Source of the DNA: Verrucomicrobiales bacterium
GTDB lineage: Bacteria; Verrucomicrobiota; Verrucomicrobiia; Limisphaerales; UBA9464
Assembly (NCBI GenBank): GCA_027489875.1
Contig: JAIXZE010000292.1
Coordinates: 402-64,401 of the forward strand
Direction of reading: 5' to 3'
DNA length: 64,000 nucleotides
The position numbers and the translations under genes were made by a program. The notes under the pieces are model-generated. The model was not told the origin of the DNA. It saw only the letters and a list, made by a program, of their open reading frames with translations, and searched no databases. Below, one piece after another: positions 44,201 to 51,918 of this stretch; within the stretch, counting starts at the first letter, position 1, and each line of letters opens with the position of its first letter.

Positions 44201-44326
44201 GTGAAGGTGGAAACGATGCCGGACTCGGCCATGCCGGAGGGGTTGCTGGACTCGCTGCCGGCGGTGGATGTGCGGGATCTGATGGGCTACCTGATGCATC
44301 CGCGGCAGGTGCCGTTGCCGAAGTAG
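41258..44326 (+). CDS. PVC-type heme-binding CxxCH protein (membrane-bound-dehydrogenase beta-propeller + HEAT repeats + cytochrome c domain)
   Basis: Signal peptide. [40 protein letters not shown] (TIGR02604-type), HEAT-like repeats, and C-terminal [20 protein letters not shown]...[10 protein letters not shown]...MPEGLLD (TIGR02603-type). ATG at 41258. Confidence 0.9.
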   Translation: [1022 protein letters not shown]

Positions 44327-44419
44327 CGGCGGGTTGGAACGTGGAGTTCACCGGTTCGTGGCGGTTGTCACGGATTCGTTCCTAACGGGACGGCGGTTCG
44401 CTTGGACAGAGTGGGGCGA

Positions 44420-45214
44420 ATGGACAAGCCGACGTTGCCGGTGGTTCGGGATCGCAGGGCGGAGGTCGCAGTGCGGGCGATGACACGGGGAGGGGAAGCG
44501 CGGACAGGGTACCGCGTCCGCGTGTCGTCGACAGACGCCGATGTGCGCGCCGCGCAGAGCCTGCGGTTCCAGGTGTTCAACCTCGAGTTGAACGAAGGGT
44601 TGGAAAGTTCGTACGCCACACTCCGGGATGAGGATCCCTTCGATCCGGTGTGTGATCACTTGTTGGTGGAAGACGAATCCTCGGGAGAGGTCGTTGGGAC
44701 GTATCGGCTCCAGACGGGGACGATGGCGCTGGCGAACCTGGGATTCTATTCGGCTCAGGAGTTTGAGTTCGGAGCTTTTCGCGATGTGTACGGAGAGATG
44801 GTGGAACTGGGGCGCGCCTGCGTTCACCGGGCGCACCGGAACCTTCAGGTCCTGACCCTGCTGTGGCGCGGGATCAGGGAGTACGCCCGCGAGCGTGGTT
44901 GCCGATACCTGATCGGGTGCAGTTCGTTGACCTCGCAGGACCCGCGGGATGGGGCCGCGGTGTATCTGGAGTTGGGACCGGATTATCTGGTGGATGCGCG
45001 ATTCCGGACGCACCCCACCCCACAATTTGTGTGTCCCCTCGACGAAGTGGCAGGAGGTGTGACAAGAATCCCCCCTCTGTTACGTGCTTACCTTTCGTTG
45101 GGTGCCCGCATTTGCGGTGCGCCGGCATTGGATGGCTCGTTCAAAACCATTGATTTTCTGACGTGGCTCGATCTGGAGACTCTTCCCAGCGCGGCAAGGC
45201 GGATTCTGGGATGA
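44420..45214 (+). CDS. olsB: GNAT-type N-acyltransferase, OlsB-like (lyso-ornithine-lipid synthase family)
   Basis: YRVRVSSTDADVRAAQSLRFQVFNLELNEG...DPFDPVCDHLLV...VVGTYRL...ELGRACVH. ATGA-coupled to a PlsC-type acyltransferase. Confidence 0.7.
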   Translation: MDKPTLPVVRDRRAEVAVRAMTRGGEARTGYRVRVSSTDADVRAAQSLRFQVFNLELNEGLESSYATLRDEDPFDPVCDHLLVEDESSGEVVGTYRLQTGTMALANLGFYSAQEFEFGAFRDVYGEMVELGRACVHRAHRNLQVLTLLWRGIREYARERGCRYLIGCSSLTSQDPRDGAAVYLELGPDYLVDARFRTHPTPQFVCPLDEVAGGVTRIPPLLRAYLSLGARICGAPALDGSFKTIDFLTWLDLETLPSAARRILG

Positions 45215-45945
45215 AACTCCCCGGAAGGCGCCTCTTCCGACTCACCCGATTCCTCACGCGGTGCGCCCGGGCTGGCTGGGATGGACCGCATACCGAGGGG
45301 CCAGCCCAGGCCAGTTGGGCGTTGCGTCACGGCAAGGGATTCGCCAGGGCCATCGGCCTCAAGGTCGAGGTGGACGGAGATCCTGGGAACTCCCAGGCCT
45401 GGGTTGGAAATCATCTGGGCTACATGGATATCGTCGGGTTGTCCACGGTCCGCCCGGTGGCATTCGTCGCCAAGGCTGAGATCCGGGCGTGGCCCATGAT
45501 CGGAAAGTTGGCGGCCAAGGGCGGCACCATCTTCATCGAACGTTCGCGTCGCATGGCGGTGGGCGAGGTTACCGCGTCGATGGCGGCGCGGGTGAAGCAG
45601 GGTGTGCCGGTGGTGTTCTTTCCGGAGGGCACGAGTTCGGCGGGCGATTCGGTGCTGCCGTTCCATGCCTCCCTGTTCGGTCCGGCGGTCGATCAGGAGT
45701 GGATGGTGACGCCGTTCGCGCTGGCGTTTGATTGCCGGGGCCCGGACGGCGTGGATGTGCCGTACTGGGGCGAAATGAGCTTTGGTCCCCACTTCCTGAA
45801 GTTGCTGACCCATCACAGCATTCGGATGCGGGTGAAGTTCGGTGCGCCCGCGCGGATGTCCGGCGACCGGAAGGTCGTGGCCCGCGAGTGGCGCGACCGG
45901 GTTTTGTCGCTGCATTCCGACCTGCGCGCGGCGCGTGGCCGGTAA
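45211..45945 (+). CDS. olsA: Lysophospholipid (PlsC-family) acyltransferase, OlsA-like
   Basis: The H(X)4D motif NHLGYMD, then VAKAEIRAWPMIG, FIERS and FFPEGTSS. Confidence 0.75.
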   Translation: MKLPGRRLFRLTRFLTRCARAGWDGPHTEGPAQASWALRHGKGFARAIGLKVEVDGDPGNSQAWVGNHLGYMDIVGLSTVRPVAFVAKAEIRAWPMIGKLAAKGGTIFIERSRRMAVGEVTASMAARVKQGVPVVFFPEGTSSAGDSVLPFHASLFGPAVDQEWMVTPFALAFDCRGPDGVDVPYWGEMSFGPHFLKLLTHHSIRMRVKFGAPARMSGDRKVVAREWRDRVLSLHSDLRAARGR

Positions 45946-45988
45946 AATCGGCTTCGCGGGGGGCAGGGGACCGCACTAGGTTTGCCGG

Positions 45989-46717
45989 GTGCCCGTTGAG
46001 ATTGCGATTGTCGTGCCCCTGTACAACGAGGCGGAGAATGTGGCTCCGCTCGTGGACGAATTGGTGCGCATTTTTGGAGGAGAAGCCCGGTCGTGGGAGA
46101 TCGTTCTCGTGGACGACGGGAGCACGGATGCGACGTGGTCGCAGATCGGGGCCGTGGCGGCGCGCGATGCGCGCGTACGCGGGTTGCGTCACCAGAAGAA
46201 CCGGGGTCAAAGCGCGGCGGTGTGGACGGGGTTGATGGGCACCTCAGCGGCGTATCTGTGCACCCTCGATGGGGACTTGCAGAACGATCCGGCGGAGTTG
46301 CCGCGCATGCTGGCGATGCTGGGGTCGGATCTGGATTTTGTGAGCGGGCATCGCGTGCAGCGTCAGGACAGTTGGGTGCGGAAGGTTTCTTCGCGGGTGG
46401 CACGCTGGGCGCGGAAGACGGCCTTGCGGTACGATTTCGCGGACACGGGCTGCGCCTTGCGCGCATTCAAGCGGAGCGCCTTGGACGGGGTCTTTGTCTT
46501 CAACGGGCTGCATCGGTTCCTGCCCATCCTGGTGGCCGGGAACGGCAGTCGTTGCCGGGAAGTTCCCGTGAATCACCGGGCGCGCGTTGCCGGCGTCAGC
46601 AAGTACGGCGTGTGGAACCGGCTTGGCCGTGGGCTTTTTGATCTCGTCGGGGTGGCGTGGTACCAGCGGCGTCGGATCGCTGCCGTCGGCCTGGATACGA
46701 CGGCACCGGGGCGGTGA
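45989..46717 (+). CDS. Family-2 glycosyltransferase (polyprenyl-phosphate glycosyltransferase-like)
   Basis: IAIVVPLYNEAENV...VLVDDGSTDAT...QKNRGQSAAVWTG...TLDGDLQNDP. Confidence 0.88.
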   Translation: MPVEIAIVVPLYNEAENVAPLVDELVRIFGGEARSWEIVLVDDGSTDATWSQIGAVAARDARVRGLRHQKNRGQSAAVWTGLMGTSAAYLCTLDGDLQNDPAELPRMLAMLGSDLDFVSGHRVQRQDSWVRKVSSRVARWARKTALRYDFADTGCALRAFKRSALDGVFVFNGLHRFLPILVAGNGSRCREVPVNHRARVAGVSKYGVWNRLGRGLFDLVGVAWYQRRRIAAVGLDTTAPGR

Positions 46718-46767
46718 GGGTGGAGATGGGGTTTGCGACCGGGCGGACGGATTGACAGGGTCGGGCC

Positions 46768-47148
46768 ATGCAACATGCCGACCAGTTGCGGGAACTCTTC
46801 CGCATGCAACAGGCGCTCAATCTGCGCATCGGGGTGGACACCTCCGCGATGGATGAAGCCGAGAAGACCAAGTGGATCCTCAATTACTGCCGCGCGATGG
46901 GGCAGGAACTGGCCGAGTTGACGGACTCGGTGCCGTGGAAGTGGTGGGCGAAGTACCAGACCTTTGACGCCCAGAACGCGCGGGTGGAGGTGGTCGACAT
47001 GATGCACTTCCTGATCAGCATGGCGCAGGTGCTGGGGATGTCGGCCGACGACCTGTTCGCGGCCTACGTGAAGAAGAATGAGGTCAACCTGAAGCGTCAG
47101 GACAGCGGGTACACGCAGAAGGACGCCACGGATTCCGCCCACATCTGA
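46768..47148 (+). CDS. All-alpha NTP pyrophosphohydrolase, dimeric dUTPase (dUTPase_2)-like
   Basis: 126 aa. ...KWILNYCRAMGQELAELTDSVPWKWWAK...EVVDMMHFL matches the dimeric dUTPase/MazG-like pattern from memory. Confidence 0.6.
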   Translation: MQHADQLRELFRMQQALNLRIGVDTSAMDEAEKTKWILNYCRAMGQELAELTDSVPWKWWAKYQTFDAQNARVEVVDMMHFLISMAQVLGMSADDLFAAYVKKNEVNLKRQDSGYTQKDATDSAHI

Positions 47149-47184
47149 TTCCGGTTCCCGATCGTTCACAGGCTTCCGCGTACC

Positions 47185-47829
47185 ATGAAGAAGGCCACCG
47201 TTCGCAAACCCGCTGCCCCGAAATCCCCACCGCGGCCGACGGTTGCGGCGGAGGTTCCGGTGGTGGCCCGGTTGTCTCCCCGCGTGCCGCCTCGACAACG
47301 GGCGGCGATCGGTGGCGTGGTGGCGAGCCCGGCGCAGATCCGGCGTCGGATCCATGAATTGGGCCGTCAGATACAACAGGACTTCGGCAATCGCGAGTGG
47401 GTGATGGTCGCGGTCTTGAGTGGATCGGTGCTGTTCGTCGCGGATCTGATCCGCGAGATCGAAGGACCCGTGAAGCTCGATTTCGTCGGGGTGTCGAGCT
47501 ACGGCGACGGCACCCAGAGCGGCGAATTGGTCTACACGAAGGAGCTGAAGCTCGATGTGGCTGGTCGGGATGTGCTGGTGGTGGACGACATCCTCGATAC
47601 CGGTCGCACGCTGTCGGCGGTGATCGGACGGATGAAGGCGTTGGGGGCGCGCCGGGTGCGTTCCTGCGTGTTGCTGGACAAGCCGTCGCGTCGCGTCGTG
47701 AAGCAGCGGGTGGAGTACGTGGGCTTCCGGATCCCGGATTGGTTCGTGATCGGCTACGGACTGGATTACGCGGAGCGCTACCGGAACCTTCCATTCATCG
47801 GCGTGCTGCGGCCGGAGGCGGTGAAATGA
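47185..47829 (+). CDS. hpt: Hypoxanthine phosphoribosyltransferase (with basic N-terminal extension)
   Basis: VLSGSVLFVADLIREI...DFVGVSSYG...DVLVVDDILDTGRTLS...GYGLDYAERYRNLPFIGVL. Confidence 0.92.
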   Translation: MKKATVRKPAAPKSPPRPTVAAEVPVVARLSPRVPPRQRAAIGGVVASPAQIRRRIHELGRQIQQDFGNREWVMVAVLSGSVLFVADLIREIEGPVKLDFVGVSSYGDGTQSGELVYTKELKLDVAGRDVLVVDDILDTGRTLSAVIGRMKALGARRVRSCVLLDKPSRRVVKQRVEYVGFRIPDWFVIGYGLDYAERYRNLPFIGVLRPEAVK

Positions 47830-48071
47830 CGATCCGGGTGTTGTTCTGGTCCTACTTCCGCGAACGCGTGGGGGCCGAATCGGCGGAGGTGACGCTCGCC
47901 GAGGGAGCCCGCGTGGCGGATCTGCTGTCGGCGGTGCACGGGCGCTGGCCGGTGCTGGAACCACTCAAGGGGTGCACGCTGGTGGCCGTGGGCGTGGATT
48001 ATGCCGATCCGGAGCGCGTGCTGCGGTTGGGGGATGAGGTTTCGCTGTTTCCGCCGGTGCAAGGCGGTTGA
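47826..48071 (+). CDS. moaD: Molybdopterin synthase sulfur-carrier subunit
   Basis: 81 aa. MTIRVLFWSYFRERVG...DEVSLFPPVQGG has the terminal Gly-Gly. The ATG overlaps the hpt stop. Confidence 0.85.
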   Translation: MTIRVLFWSYFRERVGAESAEVTLAEGARVADLLSAVHGRWPVLEPLKGCTLVAVGVDYADPERVLRLGDEVSLFPPVQGG

Positions 48072-48077
48072 GATGCC

Positions 48078-48467
48078 ATGGAACGGGAAGTCATTCTGAC
48101 GCGGGATCCGATCGACGAGGTGGCGCTGTCACGTGCGCGGCGACGCAGCACGACCGCGGGCGCGGTGATCACCTTTCTCGGCGTGGTGCGCGATCTCGAA
48201 GCGGGAGGTCGGATCCAGGGGTTGGATTACACCGCGCACGAGGCGATGGCGCGGCATCAGTTCGGGTTGTTGATGGAGTCGTTGGCCGCGCGTTGGCCCG
48301 TGGAATCGGTGCGGCTCGTCCATCGGTTGGGTCCGGTGCTGGTGGGGGAGGCGTCGTTGTGGGTGGAGGTCGTCGCACCGCACCGCGGGGAGGCGTTTGC
48401 GGCGTGCCAATGGTTGATCGACGAGATGAAGCGGGTGGTGCCCATCTGGAAGCGGGCGATTGCGTGA
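48078..48467 (+). CDS. moaE: Molybdopterin synthase catalytic subunit
   Basis: GAVITFLGVVRD...LDYTAHEAMA...VHRLGPVLVGEASLWVEVVAPHRGEAF.AC.WLIDEMKRVVPIWK. Confidence 0.9.
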   Translation: MEREVILTRDPIDEVALSRARRRSTTAGAVITFLGVVRDLEAGGRIQGLDYTAHEAMARHQFGLLMESLAARWPVESVRLVHRLGPVLVGEASLWVEVVAPHRGEAFAACQWLIDEMKRVVPIWKRAIA

Positions 48468-48476
48468 TGTGGACGA

Positions 48477-48660
48477 TCCACAGGTTCCACAGATTGGTGG
48501 GGATAGCGGGTCCACAGATTGCACAGATTCCACAGATTGGTGGGGGATGGCAGGTCCAGAGATTCGCAGGCTTCACAGTTGGATGTGCGCCTCGCCCGGG
48601 AATTGGAATGGGCGGCATCCCCAGCCTGCGGAGAATCTGTGAAATCTGTGAAATCTGTGG
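48477..48660. repeat. Inverted array of CACAGATT nonamers: 7 forward copies (two inside a duplicated 42-bp unit) and 3 tandem reverse copies
   Basis: Forward (T/G)CCACAGATT-like copies at 48477, 48486, 48511, 48521, 48530, 48555 and 48572. Reverse copies AATCTGTGA, AATCTGTGA, AATCTGTGG at 48634-48660. Confidence 0.85.
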
Positions 48661-48736
48661 ACGTAACTCGCCGGTAATCTCAGGCCGGGATGGAGTGGTC
48701 GGTTGACGGGTGGCGGACCGGGGTCACTGTGGCGGC

Positions 48737-49624
48737 ATGCTTCGATTGGAGGATCTGGCGGCGCTGGCGACCACGCACGCGACGGCATTGTCGGCCAAGG
48801 CCCACGGTTTTGAGTTGGGCGGACGACCGTTTGGTGGGGATGCGGCACCGGCGTTGATGGGGGTGATCAACCTCTCGGCGGATTCGTGGTATCGGGAGAG
48901 CGTCTGTCTTTCGGCGGACTCGGCCATCCGGCGGGGGCATGTGCTGGCGGCGCAAGGCGCGGCGATCCTCGATATCGGCGCGGAGTCCTCGCTGGCACAC
49001 GCGGCGCGCGTCGACGATGCGGCGCAGAATTCAAAGCTGTTGCCCGTGGTGCGGGAACTGGCTTCGGCCGGACATCTGGTGTCGGTCGAGACCTATCATC
49101 CGAGTGTCACGCGGGCGTGCTTCGAGGCGGGGGCGAAGGTGCTGAACCTGACGGGGACGGAGCGCACGGACGAGATGTACCGGATGGTGGCCGACCACGG
49201 CGGCGCGGTGATCCTGTGTCACGTGCAGGGAGCGAACGTGCGGGATGTAGCGGACTTTGATTTCGGCACGGATGCCACGGCGATGCTGTACGAGTACTTC
49301 GCGCGGCAGACGGAGGTGGCGGTGAGGAATGGCGTGGAGCGGATCTGGATCGATCCGGGGTTGGGGTTCTATTACCGCAACCTGCAGGATTCGACGGTGC
49401 GCATCCGCCATCAGATGGGCGTTTTCCTGAACACCTTCCGGCTCCGGGCGCTGGGCTTCCCGACCTGCCACGCGCTGCCGCATGCCTTCGAGTGTTTCGA
49501 GGATGAGGTGCGCAGCGCGGAACCCTTCTTTGCGGTGCTGGCGGCGCTGGGACGGACGGATCTGTTCCGGACGCATGAAGTCCCTCGAACGCGTGCGGTG
49601 CTGGAGACGTTGAAGGTGTGGTGA
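48737..49624 (+). CDS. Pterin-binding-domain protein, divergent dihydropteroate-synthase-like
   Basis: LMGVINLSADSW (compare MGILNVTPDSF), ILDIGAESS (compare DVGGESTRPG), VSVETY, VLNLTG, IDPGLGF and FRTHEV. ATG at 48737. Confidence 0.75.
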   Translation: MLRLEDLAALATTHATALSAKAHGFELGGRPFGGDAAPALMGVINLSADSWYRESVCLSADSAIRRGHVLAAQGAAILDIGAESSLAHAARVDDAAQNSKLLPVVRELASAGHLVSVETYHPSVTRACFEAGAKVLNLTGTERTDEMYRMVADHGGAVILCHVQGANVRDVADFDFGTDATAMLYEYFARQTEVAVRNGVERIWIDPGLGFYYRNLQDSTVRIRHQMGVFLNTFRLRALGFPTCHALPHAFECFEDEVRSAEPFFAVLAALGRTDLFRTHEVPRTRAVLETLKVW

Positions 49625-49647
49625 GCGGCGTGGGCGCTGGTCCCGCT

Positions 49648-50274
49648 TCATTCTGGAAGGATGCGCGGCGGCGGTGCCTTCACGAAACTCGCTTCGCGCA
49701 GGTACACGGGCGCGAGGGTGGTTGGGTCGGCGTCCGGCAGATGCGTCGACAGCAGGCCGGCCGCGGCAGCGGTCGGGAACAGGCGTGTCGATCCGGCCAG
49801 GTTCGCGTCCGGGGTAAACACGCGCTGGCCGCTGGCGATCCGGGCGTCGAGTTCAGCGCGGGCCATCAGCCGGATCGGTTCGGACAATTTCCCGCCTTCG
49901 GCAAGGGCCACCGCCCATTCGCTGCGTTGGGCATCGGCGGCGAGCAGGACGGGTCCGGAATCCAGTTCGGTGGCGAGGTGCGCGAGGATGTCGAAACTGC
50001 TGACCGCGACGATGGGAAGGCCGTGGGCAAGGTGCCAGCCCTGTAGCGTGGCAATGGCGCGGCGGATGCCCGTGTAGCTTCCGGGGCCGACGCCCAGGGC
50101 GAGACGCTGGACCTGTTGCGGCGTGAGGCTGGCGTCGCGCAGGGCAGCAGCGATCAGATCCGGAGCCGACGTGGTGCGGCCCGCGATGACGCAGCTTTCT
50201 GCCAGGACGCGGCCTGCGTCGCAGACCGCGGCAGACCGTCGGTCGCTCGAGAACTCAAGGCAGAGGGTCGTCAT
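49648..50274 (-). CDS. tsaB: tRNA t6A biosynthesis protein TsaB
   Basis: TLCLEFSSDRRSAAV...LALGVGPGSYTGIRRAIATLQGW. Confidence 0.85.
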   Translation of the reverse strand: MTTLCLEFSSDRRSAAVCDAGRVLAESCVIAGRTTSAPDLIAAALRDASLTPQQVQRLALGVGPGSYTGIRRAIATLQGWHLAHGLPIVAVSSFDILAHLATELDSGPVLLAADAQRSEWAVALAEGGKLSEPIRLMARAELDARIASGQRVFTPDANLAGSTRLFPTAAAAGLLSTHLPDADPTTLAPVYLREASFVKAPPPRILPE

Positions 50275-50701
50275 GGGTGATCTCGCGGGTGTGTTCGTCG
50301 ACGGTGCGGAACCGGAGGTGGCGGATGCGTCCGCTTGGGGATTCGGGCGATTCCCAGCGCACGATCCATTCGGCGAGGGTGATGCCCTCGGGGTGATCGA
50401 GGTATTCGTCGAGGCCGGCGCCGCGGATGGCTTCCGGGGTTTCGAGGCGGTAGAGGTCGAGGTGGAAGACCGGGCACCGGCCGCCGGAGTATTCGTGGAG
50501 GAGGGCGAAGGTGGGGGAGTGAACCCGGCGCGCGGAACCGACGCCCCGGACGAATCCGCGGACGAAGGCGGTCTTGCCCGCGCCGAGATCGCCGCTGAGG
50601 CCGAAGACGGTCCCGGCCGCGGCGGAGCGACCGAGGGATTCCCCGAGTCGTTCGGTTTCTTCCGGGGAGTGGGTGAGGACGGTGGGCATGCCCGGCGGCA
50701 T
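50255..50701 (-). CDS. tsaE: tRNA t6A biosynthesis ATPase TsaE
   Basis: GLSGDLGAGKTAFVRG...SPTFALLHEY...HLDLYRL. The ATG at 50701 overlaps the thiL stop; an alternative ATG lies at 50689. Confidence 0.88.
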   Translation of the reverse strand: MPPGMPTVLTHSPEETERLGESLGRSAAAGTVFGLSGDLGAGKTAFVRGFVRGVGSARRVHSPTFALLHEYSGGRCPVFHLDLYRLETPEAIRGAGLDEYLDHPEGITLAEWIVRWESPESPSGRIRHLRFRTVDEHTREITHDDPLP

Positions 50702-51639
50702 CAGTGGCCGAAGTGTTCGTAGCCGCGGGGTGGCAGTTCGCGGACGCCGTGGCGGTCGCGGATGAACGCGGCGGGGCCGGCAGTGATGCGGCCGATGCAG
50801 GAGATGCGGACGTCCGGGAAACGTTCGCGCCAGCCATCCATGATGGGAACGGCGTCGCGGGCGGCGACGGTGAACAGCAGTTCGAAGTCCTCGCCGTCGG
50901 TGAGGGCGGCGATCATGGCGGGCTTGGCGAGTTCGCCTTCGCGGGCCCGGAGCCGTGCGGTGCGGCTGATGGGGATGGCGGAGCCGAGGAGTTCGGCACC
51001 GAGGTTGCCGCCCATTTCGAGGAGGTGTCGGAGGTCGCCCGCAAGGCCATCGCTGATGTCGATCATGGCGTGCACCTTTTCGGTGGAGGCGAGCCATTGC
51101 CCCTGGGGCAGGCGGGGTTCGAATTCGAGGTGGCGTCCGGCGATGGATCCGCCGAGTTCGCCGGAGACCAGGATGGCGTCGCCGACCATGGAGCCGGAAC
51201 GGGGAATGGATTGGTTGCGGGGGACGCGTCCGATGAGGGCGACGGAGACGAGGGCCTGGCCTGGATTGGTGGTGGTTTCGCCCCCGACGATTGCCACCTG
51301 GAAGCGCGCGGCGGTGCGACCCATGCCGCGGTAGAGGGCTTCGACCCAGGCGGGGTCATGCTTCGGCGGAAGCGCGAGGGTGACGACGGCCGCGGTGGGT
51401 GTTCCACCCATGGCGGCAACGTCGCTGAGGGCGCGGGCAATCGCCTTGTGTCCGACCTTCTCCGGGTCGGCGTCCGCGAGGAAGTGCACGCCTTCGACGA
51501 CGGCGTCCGTCTTCAGCAGGGTGTGGAAGCCGGGATCCCCCAGGTCCAGCACGGCGCAGTCGTCGCCGGCACCGGCGACGACAAAGTCATTGGTGGGCAG
51601 CAGCGGCTTCAGCCGCGCGATCAACTCGAACTCGTGCAT
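50701..51639 (-). CDS. thiL: Thiamine-monophosphate kinase
   Basis: MHEFELIARLKPLL...GDDCAVL...KTDAVVEGVHF...GHKAIARALSDVAAMGG...ISDGLAGDL. ATG at 51639. The track ORF extends to 52275 through a repeat element and is rejected. Confidence 0.9.
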   Translation of the reverse strand: MHEFELIARLKPLLPTNDFVVAGAGDDCAVLDLGDPGFHTLLKTDAVVEGVHFLADADPEKVGHKAIARALSDVAAMGGTPTAAVVTLALPPKHDPAWVEALYRGMGRTAARFQVAIVGGETTTNPGQALVSVALIGRVPRNQSIPRSGSMVGDAILVSGELGGSIAGRHLEFEPRLPQGQWLASTEKVHAMIDISDGLAGDLRHLLEMGGNLGAELLGSAIPISRTARLRAREGELAKPAMIAALTDGEDFELLFTVAARDAVPIMDGWRERFPDVRISCIGRITAGPAAFIRDRHGVRELPPRGYEHFGH

Positions 51640-51721
51640 CAGGTGGAGGGAAGGTAGCGGAAGCAGAAGGGGGATTCGCGGGAAAATTTTGGCGGGGAGA
51701 GGGGACGATGGGACGGACGAA

Positions 51722-51852
51722 AGCGCATCGTGCCACTGCCTCCTTTGGAATGGTTTCGGGGCGGCGATGTCCTCATCGCCCTGGGAAAGGCTTCGGAACG
51801 GCGACGAGGACGTCGCCACCCCGTTCCATGCGCGGAGCAGAGCCAAGATACG
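51722..51852 (-). mobile_element. MITE-like interspersed repeat, copy 4 (both ends recognisable, degenerate)
   Basis: AGCGCATCGTGCCACTGCCTCC ... GGCGATGTCCTCATCGCC-N19-GGCGACGAGGACGTCGCC ... GCGGAGCAGAGCCAAGATACG. Confidence 0.75.
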
Positions 51853-51918
51853 TTCGACAGATGGAACCTCACGTATCCGGGTTTGCGGTGCGGGGGGTGG
51901 GTCTGGTTGGGTGGGGGG

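Noticed and set aside
51108-51131. tRNA T-arm-like GGGGTTCGAATTCGAGG. A similar GGTTCGAGACC occurs at about 21844.
   Set aside because: Both lie inside well-supported coding sequence (thiL and ftsQ), and no acceptor or anticodon stems can be drawn around them.
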